From NCBI GenBank assembly GCA_023622545.1, contig JAMNZA010000122.1, forward strand, positions 1 to 60,544: DNA of 60,544 nucleotides. Direction: 5' to 3'. Below are positions 38,934-48,033 of this stretch, in pieces (within the stretch, counting starts at the first letter, position 1; every line of letters starts with the position of its first letter). A program made the translations under genes and the position numbers. The notes under the pieces are model-generated. The model ran no database searches, was not told the origin of the DNA, and saw only the letters and a list, made by a program, of their open reading frames with translations. The DNA comes from Methanobacteriota archaeon (GTDB lineage: Archaea; Methanobacteriota_B; Thermococci; Methanofastidiosales; Methanofastidiosaceae).

Positions 38934-39758
38934 TTATAGAAGGGCAGGTAAAAGAGTGTCTCTTACCCCGGGCCCAAATCCTAGAATAAATACAATTACT
39001 TTTAGAGATAAATAGAAGTTCTCCATCATTAATGTGCTAATCCTAAATTTAAGCCCTAAGATAGAAATCTCTTTTTCTTTAAAAGTTACTTTTTCTTCTT
39101 TGTATAGATTATCAAGAAGATAAACAACTACAAGTATCAATGCCAATTTTAATGGGACCATTATTATAGCGTTGCCAGAAAGGTCTATTAAAAAAAGAGG
39201 CAATAGATGTTCCTCGCCGAAACCAAAATAATTAATTGCATAGAAGGTAGCACATCCATCCAAAAGATGGCCGAATATCATAGCTATATTCTCAAACTCC
39301 CTGATTGGCCTGTATATTATTGGAGAAAACAGGTAAACTGCAGCTGTTATGGATAATGCCATTAAAGGGGGTATGATTAGCCTAGATGGAAAATTAATGT
39401 AATTGGATAGATTGTATAACAAATATATCAGAGGTATACATCCAACTATTAAAGGAAGTTTCCAGTATGCAATGATATCTTTTTTTTCTAGTTCATATCC
39501 AATTAAGATAAAGAAAAATGCCAGAACGAATGAAACTATATAGACCCCAGGAGTTATACTCCAAAGTTTTGATCTTGGGAAAAACTCTACATCAGTTAAT
39601 ACCCTAATAGCTATAGCAGTGATCATATAAGGAGAAATTGTGATAACAAAATATTTGTCGATCTTGATTTTATTGAAAAGAAATCTCAATGCGACAAACA
39701 TCAAGATGAAAAGGATGCCTATGTATATCACATAGTCAATTGGCTGGTATACGCCCAT
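38934..39758 (-). CDS. DUF63-like polytopic membrane protein
   Basis: 274 aa, about 8 TM. The FGHLLDGCATFYAINYFGFGEEHLLP motif is recalled as DUF63-like. Confidence 0.45.
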   Translation of the reverse strand: MGVYQPIDYVIYIGILFILMFVALRFLFNKIKIDKYFVITISPYMITAIAIRVLTDVEFFPRSKLWSITPGVYIVSFVLAFFFILIGYELEKKDIIAYWKLPLIVGCIPLIYLLYNLSNYINFPSRLIIPPLMALSITAAVYLFSPIIYRPIREFENIAMIFGHLLDGCATFYAINYFGFGEEHLLPLFLIDLSGNAIIMVPLKLALILVVVYLLDNLYKEEKVTFKEKEISILGLKFRISTLMMENFYLSLKVIVFILGFGPGVRDTLLPALL

Positions 39759-39789
39759 GAGAACCCTGAATAAGTTTAATTAAAAAGGT

Positions 39790-41880
39790 TTATGGTTTCT
39801 GCCTCAAAACATCTACCATTTTCTGGTAGATTTCCTTCTCTTTTCCGTTCGTAGTTTTGGATAGTCTTTCAACAATTAATTCTGGAGTGCTCTTACCTGC
39901 TTTATAGAAAACCGGTTGCCTATCAACTATTAAATCCAGTGACTCATCTAAACCCTTTGCTTCGATTCCGTCTACCCTCATATCTTCAGGCAATTTACCT
40001 TCAATTGATTTAATCGATGAAATAATATCCTCACCAAGATGGGTAACTATAACACATAGTGTATTTGAGTTTCTCAAAAAATTAAGGAACGTTCCAATTA
40101 TCTTTGCTGCCGATCCTGGTTCTGTAATTGCCTCCAATTCATCGACTAAAAGTAGTCTCTTTTTTTCTTCAATTGCAAGAGGAACTAATCTTTTAAGGCT
40201 TGTTTCAAATGCGCCCCTAGACTCACCCCTGTGCTTAGATAAGAAACCTATCTCGTCAAATATAGAGGTATAAGAATCCTCTGCGGGCACTAAAAAACCC
40301 ATCTGGAATAATATCTGGATATTTAATATCAATTTTAATAATGTAGTTTTACCACCAGAATTTGCTCCAGTAAGAATAACAACATCTTCATTACCACTCA
40401 TCTGATCATTTGTTGTACCTATTTTGTAACTGATTGGGATAGGATTTTGAATCAATACATTTTTGCCTTTTCTAAAGCTCAATCCCCTTTCCGATATTTT
40501 TGGCATTAGAAGGTTCTTTTCAACTGCAAATTTACCCATAGCAACAAAAAAGTCGATGTCATAGGATTCTTCAATCCTCTGATTTAAGAAATCCCATAAT
40601 TCAGCTATATCCATCATTTCTTTTTTTATTTCAAATTCCCTTTTTGATATTTCCTTTTTGATGTTTTCTTTAATTTCAAAAATTTCATTCCTATTTGCTT
40701 CTATAGGGAATGATACTTCTTCAGGAAATATTTCTGAAACATCCAAACCTGTTTTTTGTTTTAATAATTCAACAGATTCCTTTAGAATTTTTCTATAAGC
40801 TTCCTCAAGCTGTTTTGGGATATAAGTTTGGAAAGCTTTAAGCGGATCTGAATGTTTTATATCTGAAAGCATTGAGAGTATGTCCTTGCCGGCTATACCT
40901 ATATCCTGACTTTCTATTATTTTTGAGAATCTTTCGTTGATATCTTTTTCAATAGTTTTGACCATTTCCTCTAGGTTAAGGGCTTCTTTCAGTTTGTTTA
41001 GCCTTTCGTCTGGAAAATTACCTTGAGAAAACGACTCTATCCTATCAGAAATTTTTTGAAGCTTTTCAACATACTCAGACAATCTAGTGCCGTCATCAAT
41101 AGATATGCCTCTGCTACTTTTAATTTCAAGTAAAACTTTGTATAGATTCAAAATAGTCTTGATTTTCAGAGCATTATCTATAAATCGCTCAATATAAAGT
41201 TCTGGAACAATATTTCTAATTGAGAAATCCTCAACATTTAACGAAAAATCAGAAATCTCAGAAATAGTATCATAGAGGGAAGAATCTTTTCCATAGACGT
41301 AAAATATCAAAGGATAATCATCTCTAATACCCCTAATCTCATTAGGGGAAGAGATGTATATAGAATCATAATATTCAGATTTTGTTTTAAGGGATATTTC
41401 CTCATCGTCTGTAATCAAAACTCTGTCCCTAAATTTCTTTAGTGATGGTATTTTAAGGTCAGATATGCCACCTAGATATTCTGTAATCTTAGTTAATTCT
41501 TCTTGGGTAAGGCCTTCAACAAATTTTTTTGATTTGTCACAATAGTTTAGTCTTTTTGAGATTAATTCCTTGTCTCTTAATGGCATGTAAAGATTGAATC
41601 TGTTTTTTGAGCGCTCTGTTTTGGGGTATGATACTAGGATAGATATCATGTCTTCATATATTTCCCAAGCGTCGCCAAAAAGGACTTCTTCATATTTCTT
41701 GCCCGTATTATGCTCAAAGGTCTCCTTTTGTATCTGCAATACCTTCTTTTTACCAAATCCAGGGATCTTTAACAGTTTTTCAAGCTCTAACTTATCAAGT
41801 ATACTCTTCAATTCTTCTTCAGAGTAGTACTCCAAAGCCTTTTCTAGCCCCTTCTCCCCTAGGATTTGGTTAAGATCCAT
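39790..41880 (-). CDS. Archaeal MutS2-like ATPase (MutS domain V, no Smr domain)
   Basis: 696 aa. N-terminal HhH (IPGFGKKK), Walker A TGANSGGKTTLLK, Walker B LLLVDELEAITEP. Confidence 0.75.
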   Translation of the reverse strand: MDLNQILGEKGLEKALEYYSEEELKSILDKLELEKLLKIPGFGKKKVLQIQKETFEHNTGKKYEEVLFGDAWEIYEDMISILVSYPKTERSKNRFNLYMPLRDKELISKRLNYCDKSKKFVEGLTQEELTKITEYLGGISDLKIPSLKKFRDRVLITDDEEISLKTKSEYYDSIYISSPNEIRGIRDDYPLIFYVYGKDSSLYDTISEISDFSLNVEDFSIRNIVPELYIERFIDNALKIKTILNLYKVLLEIKSSRGISIDDGTRLSEYVEKLQKISDRIESFSQGNFPDERLNKLKEALNLEEMVKTIEKDINERFSKIIESQDIGIAGKDILSMLSDIKHSDPLKAFQTYIPKQLEEAYRKILKESVELLKQKTGLDVSEIFPEEVSFPIEANRNEIFEIKENIKKEISKREFEIKKEMMDIAELWDFLNQRIEESYDIDFFVAMGKFAVEKNLLMPKISERGLSFRKGKNVLIQNPIPISYKIGTTNDQMSGNEDVVILTGANSGGKTTLLKLILNIQILFQMGFLVPAEDSYTSIFDEIGFLSKHRGESRGAFETSLKRLVPLAIEEKKRLLLVDELEAITEPGSAAKIIGTFLNFLRNSNTLCVIVTHLGEDIISSIKSIEGKLPEDMRVDGIEAKGLDESLDLIVDRQPVFYKAGKSTPELIVERLSKTTNGKEKEIYQKMVDVLRQKP

Positions 41881-42428
41881 TATTTTTTGTACCCCCTTGC
41901 AAATTCACCGTTTACACCCAATACACCCTCGTTGAATTTAAAGAGGTCGTCATTAGCTGTTTCTAAAGTGTCAGCTTTTTTTTGATCTGTAATTACTGCA
42001 CCATGAGGCACATATTTTTTATTCTTAATTTTAACTCCAACTACAATGGCCCCGTGCCCAATGAAACACTCATTTCCAATCTCAGAACTATGAACAACCG
42101 CCCTAAAGCCAATAAATGAGTTATCCCCAATCTTTATTGGGCCATGAATTACAGCGCCGTGCGCTATTGAAGATTTTTTTCCAATTTCTACTGATGTGTG
42201 CTCAAGTGCATGGACAATCACGCCGTCCTGCAAATTAGTTTCATCACCTATAATTATTGGAGTTCCTTCATCGGCCCTCAAAGAAACAAAAGGAGCAACA
42301 TATACTCCTTTTCCTATTCTGACATCACCAATAATTGAGGCCATTTCGTCACAAAAGCTTTCTTTCCCTACATCGGGAAATGTACACTCCTTATTAAAGG
42401 AGCAAGAAGGATTTTCTTTTAGTACCAT
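41880..42428 (-). CDS. cam: Gamma-class carbonic anhydrase (Cam type, left-handed beta-helix)
   Basis: 182 aa from the ATG at 42428; the track start at 42548 overlaps hypD. FVSLRADEGTPIIIGDETNLQDGVIVHALE followed by hexapeptide repeats. Confidence 0.8.
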   Translation of the reverse strand: MVLKENPSCSFNKECTFPDVGKESFCDEMASIIGDVRIGKGVYVAPFVSLRADEGTPIIIGDETNLQDGVIVHALEHTSVEIGKKSSIAHGAVIHGPIKIGDNSFIGFRAVVHSSEIGNECFIGHGAIVVGVKIKNKKYVPHGAVITDQKKADTLETANDDLFKFNEGVLGVNGEFARGYKK

Positions 42429-42432
42429 ATAT

Positions 42433-43503
42433 TCACCTAAAAGTTTTATTATATTTAAAAGATATGTAACAAGCACCTTCCTTCGAAACCATGCACGGTC
42501 CCTTGGGACTCTGGGGAGTACAATTATTTCCAAATAATGGACATTCATTAGGATTTTTTTCTGCCCTTAATACTTCAGGACAACTGCATCCCTTCTCTTC
42601 AGGGATATCTTCTATCTCAATATTAAATACTTTGTATGCATCCTTATTGGCAAACTCCTTTTTCAAGGATAATCCAGACCCAGGTATGATTGGGAATCCT
42701 CTCCACCTGATATCGCATGGTTCAAATACCTTTTCCATAAGTTGTTGAGCTTTAATATTACCTTCCAATCGTACGCCACGCACATATTCATTTTCTACTT
42801 CTGCCCTTTTTTCCTTAATTTGTTTTAATACCATATATATCCCCATTAGTATATCATTTGGTTCAAATCCACAAATAACTTGGGGGACATTGAATTTATT
42901 GGATATGTGCTCGTATGGTTTTGTCCCAATTATTGTTGAAACGTGCCCAGGATCTATAAACCCAGAGAGATTTATTTTACCACTGCTAAGTAATAAATCC
43001 ATTGCTGGTGGAACTACTCTATGGGCAGATAGTACATAAAAATTATCAGGAGAATTAAGAACTGCAACTGCAGTTGTTGGGCAAGTAGTTTCAAACCCTA
43101 TTGCAAAATGAACTACCTTCATTCTAGGATTAGAAATTGCTAAATTAATTGCGTCGTTGATACTATAAACAATCCTTATATCGAGCCCAGAAGCCTTTGC
43201 ATCGGATAGTGAACGCTTTGATGGAACCCTTACCATATCCCCAAAAGTAGTTATAACCGCGCCTTTTTCAGCTACCTTAACAGCCGCTTCTATTTCTCCT
43301 TGTGTTGTGACACAAACTGGGCACCCAGGCCCAGAAACAACTTGGATATTTTTTGGCAATAGAGCCCGGATACCGTAATGTGTAATCACGTGCTCATGCG
43401 TTCCACAGACATGGCAGAGCTTTATCTCATCAAGGTCTTTAGCCATTGCTTCTATTTTTTTTATTAGTATATCAGAAGCAATTCGATCTTTATATAAATC
43501 CAC
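42433..43503 (-). CDS. hypD: [NiFe]-hydrogenase maturation protein HypD
   Basis: 356 aa. Motifs: CHVCGTHEH, GPGCPVCV, GFETT, C-terminal Cys cluster. Confidence 0.92.
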   Translation of the reverse strand: MDLYKDRIASDILIKKIEAMAKDLDEIKLCHVCGTHEHVITHYGIRALLPKNIQVVSGPGCPVCVTTQGEIEAAVKVAEKGAVITTFGDMVRVPSKRSLSDAKASGLDIRIVYSINDAINLAISNPRMKVVHFAIGFETTCPTTAVAVLNSPDNFYVLSAHRVVPPAMDLLLSSGKINLSGFIDPGHVSTIIGTKPYEHISNKFNVPQVICGFEPNDILMGIYMVLKQIKEKRAEVENEYVRGVRLEGNIKAQQLMEKVFEPCDIRWRGFPIIPGSGLSLKKEFANKDAYKVFNIEIEDIPEEKGCSCPEVLRAEKNPNECPLFGNNCTPQSPKGPCMVSKEGACYISFKYNKTFR

Positions 43504-43727
43504 TAGTAATCCTCCTCTGATTTAAGGAGCTGCTTCCATATATCCAATGACTCTAAAGCGTCCTTTTCGTCCATTTTTTCAATAGCAAATCCTGTGTGGA
43601 CAATTACATAATCTCCTATTTTAGCGTCAACGAGGTCAAGCCTTACCTCCCTTTTGACGCCATTAAAATCAACGATTCCAATGCTACCTTCTATTTCGAT
43701 TACCTTACCTGGAACTGCAAGACACAT
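43503..43727 (-). CDS. hypC: [NiFe]-hydrogenase maturation chaperone HypC
   Basis: 74 aa starting MCLAVPGKV. Overlaps the hypD start. Confidence 0.9.
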   Translation of the reverse strand: MCLAVPGKVIEIEGSIGIVDFNGVKREVRLDLVDAKIGDYVIVHTGFAIEKMDEKDALESLDIWKQLLKSEEDY

Positions 43728-43949
43728 GATTCTACCTCATTATATGCATTAAAAAATCTTTCTTTAAAATAGATTTTCTAAACTATGCCAATCCTATAAG
43801 AGATATTATTAAATGTTTCTGATATTCTTATTTAATTTATTAATTTTATTTAATAGTAAATCATTAAAAAGGATATATATCCATTACAATTATTTTTTTA
43901 TTTATTATATTCTAAAACATATAACATTATATACTTTTATTACTAAATA

Positions 43950-44672
43950 ATGGCAGCAACATTTAATGATGTTGAAAAGGTGGATATTATGGAAGAAGAA
44001 CACAAGGAACAGATACACATGCCATTGATAGGTGATGATGCACCTAGATTCAAGGCAAGGACAACTATGGGAGAAATAAATTTCCCAGAAGACTATAAGG
44101 ATAAATGGGTAATATTGTTCAGCCATCCCGCTGATTTTACACCTGTATGCACAACTGAATTTATGACATTTGCATCTATGCAGAAAGATTTCCAGAAAAT
44201 GAATTGTGAGTTGATAGGATTATCTATCGATAGTATTTATGCCCATATAGCTTGGCTGAGGACGATCAAAGAAAAAATTGAATATAAGGGCATGAAGAAT
44301 GTAGAAGTGAACTTCCCCCTCATAGAAGACTTACGTATGGATGTTGCAAAGAAGTTTGGGATGGTCCAACCAAATGCTTCCACCACTCAGGCAGTAAGAG
44401 CAGTTTTCATAATTGACCCAAAAGCAAAAATTAGGGCAATTCTTTACTATCCTTTGTCAAATGGTAGAAACATGGACGAAATCAAGAGACTTCTTACTGC
44501 AATGCAGAAATCTGACAAAGAGCAGATCGCTACCCCAGCAAATTGGCAACCCGGCGATGATGTTATAATACCTCCACCAGGCTCTTGTGGAACTGCAAAA
44601 GAAAGAATTGAAAAGAAGGAAGAGGGTAAATACTGCCTTGACTGGTTTATGTGTTTTAGAAAAGCAAAATAA
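43950..44672 (+). CDS. Peroxiredoxin (Prx6/1-Cys-like archaeal type); start may be 44019
   Basis: Motifs: PLIGDDAPRF, FSHPADFTPVCTTE, and a C-terminal CLDWFMC. The canonical N-terminus MPLIGD begins at 44019, so the upstream 23 codons are uncertain. Confidence 0.85.
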   Translation: MAATFNDVEKVDIMEEEHKEQIHMPLIGDDAPRFKARTTMGEINFPEDYKDKWVILFSHPADFTPVCTTEFMTFASMQKDFQKMNCELIGLSIDSIYAHIAWLRTIKEKIEYKGMKNVEVNFPLIEDLRMDVAKKFGMVQPNASTTQAVRAVFIIDPKAKIRAILYYPLSNGRNMDEIKRLLTAMQKSDKEQIATPANWQPGDDVIIPPPGSCGTAKERIEKKEEGKYCLDWFMCFRKAK

Positions 44673-44695
44673 TTTTATTTTATATTTTATATAAC

Positions 44696-44747
44696 TTTAA
44701 TAAATCAACTTAATATATTTACTAATGTTATATGGCGTTGTAATATA
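44696..44747 (+). repeat. Intergenic repeat, copy A
   Basis: TTTAATAAATCAACTTAATATATTTACTAATGTTATATGGCGTTGTAATATA aligns with copy B over about 50 nt. An extra GTTGTAATATA lies at 44784-44794. Confidence 0.7.
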
Positions 44748-44808
44748 TCAAGAAATCAACGAATAATTTTATCTAAGAAAAAAGTTGTAATATAAAAATA
44801 AAATAAAT

Positions 44809-45225
44809 TTATTCTTGCTGATTTTCTTTGACTATCTTTAGTATCTTGTCAATTGGGAGTGTCTTTGTAGTTTTACAATAAACATCAAGGTATGCAAGAT
44901 AGATGTCCCAGTTGGCGTTTCTCCGTTCCTCCCAGACTACTCGGTCGCAGTATATTGCCGGATAATATTGGCCTGATGTGTTTGTTGTTATAGGGAACTC
45001 CTGCTTGGTATTAAGGTTGTAGCCGTAGATGTCGTAGTTGCCGTTTCTCTCGTCATACCAGACGACGATGTCGCCGTATATGGCTGGATAATGTTGGGCT
45101 GATGCGTCTGTTGTTATCCTCTCTTCAGATAAAGCCTTTGTTCCAAGAACTATAGAAAAATTAGCTAATGTAAAAATTGAAATAATCAAAAATACAGAAA
45201 CTAAAGTAACACTTCCTTTTTTCAT
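44809..45225 (-). CDS. Secreted/anchored protein with two beta-propeller-blade-like repeats
   Basis: 138 aa. N-terminal hydrophobic signal/anchor. Two copies of YPAIY.D.VVW...R..N.DIY. About 47-50% G+C in the lines I counted, against 20-30% in neighbouring genes. Confidence 0.6.
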   Translation of the reverse strand: MKKGSVTLVSVFLIISIFTLANFSIVLGTKALSEERITTDASAQHYPAIYGDIVVWYDERNGNYDIYGYNLNTKQEFPITTNTSGQYYPAIYCDRVVWEERRNANWDIYLAYLDVYCKTTKTLPIDKILKIVKENQQE

Positions 45226-45323
45226 TTTAGATCACCGATATAGTTAGCCAAAATAGCTCTTGAGAAATATTTAAACTTATGCCTAACTCGATTAATGCTT
45301 TTGTCCGTGAACATACATCATAG

Positions 45324-45376
45324 TTTATTAAGTAAAACTTAATGATTTTACTAATGTTATGGAGCGTTGTAATATA
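45324..45376 (+). repeat. Intergenic repeat, copy B
   Basis: TTTATTAAGTAAAACTTAATGATTTTACTAATGTTATGGAGCGTTGTAATATA. The left half matches copy C (31 of 38 positions by my alignment). The right half matches copy A. Confidence 0.7.
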
Positions 45377-45409
45377 ATCCAGAACGAGTACACTTGCCTT
45401 ATATTACAA
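45367..45409. repeat. 11-bp perfect inverted repeat TTGTAATATAA / TTATATTACAA with 21-nt spacer
   Basis: The arms at 45367-45377 and 45399-45409 are exact reverse complements. Lies between the divergent 138-aa gene and the radical SAM gene. Confidence 0.7.
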
Positions 45410-45490
45410 GCGTTATATTGGATAAACTTCTTTCCCTAATTCTTTCCATATTTTTATAAATATATAAAAATAAGAATTATCAGTGATTGT

Positions 45491-46378
45491 TTGGAAAAGG
45501 TAGTATACGAACACGTTGAAGTTGAGAAGATGCTCCACCGGCTAGATGTCTGGTTTTTGCCTTTCAGATGGGGTTCCAATATATACCGGGGATGCGAGCA
45601 TGACTGCATCTACTGCAATGCCAGGTATACCCACGAATATCTAGGAATGCAGGAGGGGGAATTCTCCCACAAGATCATGGTGAAGGACAATGCGGCCATA
45701 GCTTTGGACAAAGAGTTCTCCAAGGAAAAGTGGAACAAGAACCTTACTGTAAACGTCTCAACTGTATCTGACCCATACCAGCCTGCAGAAAAAGAGTTTG
45801 GCAATACAAGGAAAGTATTGGAAGTATTTCTGAAGCACCACAACGCACTCTTAGTCACGACAAAATCAGACCTCGTTTTAAAAGATATTGATGTCTTGCA
45901 AGAAATAGCTAAAACAGGGTTTCTAAATGTCTGTATGACGGTAACAACACTAGATCAAGAGCTAAGCAGTAAGATTGAGCCAAGGGTTCCCACAGTAGAG
46001 AAGAGATTAGAGGCAATTAGAAAATTAAAGGGCGCAGGCATTACAGTAGGTGTGACAGCCATTCCAGTGCTGCCATATATCTCAGACGATGAAGAAACTC
46101 TAGAAGGGATGATAAAAACATTCTCTGAATTGGGAGTTGACTATGTGATAGTTGATGTCCTAAACTATAAAGGAGAAACTAGACAGCGCATGACTAAATT
46201 CTTGGAATCAAATTATCCATCCTTAATCCCAAAATACGAAGCACTCTACCAAACTGACTACTGTGATAAGGAGTATTCCAAAAACTTTAGAAAAATTACA
46301 AACAGGCTTGTGAAGAAGTATGGCGTTGATCACTATGATAAGATGTACTCCTACAGAAAGAATAAAGATGCCAAATGA
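45491..46378 (+). CDS. Radical SAM protein, SplB/COG1533 (DNA-repair-photolyase-like) family
   Basis: 295 aa. NIYRGCEHDCIYCNARY CxxxCxxC cluster of the npY.GC.H.C.YC type. TTG start in the track; an ATG alternative lies at 45530. About 48% G+C in a line I counted. Confidence 0.75.
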   Translation: MEKVVYEHVEVEKMLHRLDVWFLPFRWGSNIYRGCEHDCIYCNARYTHEYLGMQEGEFSHKIMVKDNAAIALDKEFSKEKWNKNLTVNVSTVSDPYQPAEKEFGNTRKVLEVFLKHHNALLVTTKSDLVLKDIDVLQEIAKTGFLNVCMTVTTLDQELSSKIEPRVPTVEKRLEAIRKLKGAGITVGVTAIPVLPYISDDEETLEGMIKTFSELGVDYVIVDVLNYKGETRQRMTKFLESNYPSLIPKYEALYQTDYCDKEYSKNFRKITNRLVKKYGVDHYDKMYSYRKNKDAK

Positions 46379-46438
46379 GAAGTATTCTAATGATTAATTC
46401 CTAGAATAAATTATTTTTCAAGTATAGCCAATTCATAA

Positions 46439-46475
46439 TTTATTAAGTTAAGCTGAACAATTTTACTAATATTAT
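46439..46475 (+). repeat. Intergenic repeat, copy C (left half only)
   Basis: TTTATTAAGTTAAGCTGAACAATTTTACTAATATTAT matches the left part of copy B. Lacks the TTGTAATATA part. Confidence 0.6.
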
Positions 46476-46580
46476 ATTATAGATAAAAATATTTTATATT
46501 TACTTTTCTTGAAAAATATCTAAGTATAGTATTTCAATATTCTTATATATGTGGAAATCAATAATCGTTGTGGGACTATT

Positions 46581-47006
46581 ATGCAAAAAGAAGTACTTAA
46601 AGCATCGGTAAGTTGGCAAAAGGACATGGAATATTTGGCCAAAGACAGTGTTGGTCATGAAATTGTTTTCGGAGCTTCGAAAGCATTTGGAGGAAGCGGT
46701 GATTATCCCATCCCGCTAGAAGGATTACTCTCTACACTAGGCGCATGTATAGCCGTAAATAGCCAAATTCTACTGAGGCAACAGGGGAAAGATTACACAT
46801 ATTTTGATGTAAAGATTGAGGGAACTAGAAAAGTGGAACTCCCAAAAATATTTGATAAGATACATGCAAAAATAAAAATAAAGGGCAATCTTGAAAAAGA
46901 AACAGTTGAAGTAGTCATAAGAGAAGTTATGACTAAAGTCTGCCCAATAGCTGTTATATTAGGGATGACATCTGACCTAACGTGGGAGTATAGTATGGAA
47001 AAATAA
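46581..47006 (+). CDS. OsmC/Ohr-family peroxiredoxin-like protein
   Basis: 141 aa from the ATG at 46581; the track gives a GTG at 46551. PIPLEGLLSTLGACIAV and KVCPIA carry the two conserved Cys of OsmC. Confidence 0.7.
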   Translation: MQKEVLKASVSWQKDMEYLAKDSVGHEIVFGASKAFGGSGDYPIPLEGLLSTLGACIAVNSQILLRQQGKDYTYFDVKIEGTRKVELPKIFDKIHAKIKIKGNLEKETVEVVIREVMTKVCPIAVILGMTSDLTWEYSMEK

Positions 47007-47105
47007 TCTCTTTTTCTTTTTTGTATATCAAATTTTAACTATTAAGGATAATTTATTTATTTTGTGTTTCTTATTTAAGAATAAGAATATAAAGAAAAAT
47101 AAAAG

Positions 47106-47870
47106 ATGATTTTCATGAAGAAATGGTATGAGGAATTGTTTGAAAATTATGCAGAAACTTATGAAACTGAAGTATATACTAAAGGTACAATAGGCGAGAT
47201 AGATTTTATTGAAAAGGAAATAAAACACGATAAATCAAAAAAAATTTTAGATATTGGATGTGGAACGGGCAGGCATTCGATAGAACTTGCCAAAAGAGGA
47301 TATAATGTAACTGGTATTGATCTATCAGAGTGCATGCTAGAAATGGCAAAACAAAAAGCCAAAGAAGCTAAAGTTAAAGTTGAGTTCATTAAGGCAGATG
47401 CGAGATATTTAAAATTTGAAAAAGAATTTGATCTTGCTCTTATAATATGTGAAGGTGGATTCTGCTTAATGGAAACAGATGAAATGAACTATATGGTTCT
47501 ACAAAGTGCTAGTAGATCTCTAAAACAAGAAGGAAAATTGATACTTAATACGTTAAATGGACTTTTCCCTTTATTCCATTCTGTTAAAGATTTTATTAAT
47601 TCTAACTCAGTTGACGGAAAAAGTCAAGAAAATACATTCGACTTAATGACATTTAGAGAAAAATCAATAATAGAGGTTACTGATGACGATGGAAATATTA
47701 AAAAAATTAAGTGTGATGAAAGGTACTATGTTCCCTCAGAAATTACATGGTTATTAAAATCTCTAGGATTTAAAAAAGTAGACATATATGGTTGTAAATT
47801 AGGCGCATTTAGTAGAGATGACAAATTAACAAATGAAGATTACCAAATGTTAGTAATTGCTGAATATTGA
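47106..47870 (+). CDS. Class I SAM-dependent methyltransferase
   Basis: 254 aa. ILDIGCGTGRHSIELAKRGYNVTGIDLSECML motif I/II. Confidence 0.8.
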   Translation: MIFMKKWYEELFENYAETYETEVYTKGTIGEIDFIEKEIKHDKSKKILDIGCGTGRHSIELAKRGYNVTGIDLSECMLEMAKQKAKEAKVKVEFIKADARYLKFEKEFDLALIICEGGFCLMETDEMNYMVLQSASRSLKQEGKLILNTLNGLFPLFHSVKDFINSNSVDGKSQENTFDLMTFREKSIIEVTDDDGNIKKIKCDERYYVPSEITWLLKSLGFKKVDIYGCKLGAFSRDDKLTNEDYQMLVIAEY

Positions 47871-48033
47871 TTAGAAATAAATATTTCCGATAAATTTAAA
47901 AATAGAAAAATATGGCATAATTCAAGGGGAAGGTATAAAATTACAGCCATATCGCCAGTATGCTTTTTATTTATATCTTCTCCTTAAATCATTTCTTCAA
48001 AATCTTTAAATATAAATTAAAGCTTGCTTATTC

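Noticed and set aside
44696-46475. Interpretation of the repeat-separated cassettes as an integron
   Set aside because: There is no IntI-like integrase in the window. The repeats are not attC-like imperfect palindromes in every copy: only copy B has an inverted partner. Cassette orientations are mixed. Kept only as a generic acquired-island hypothesis.
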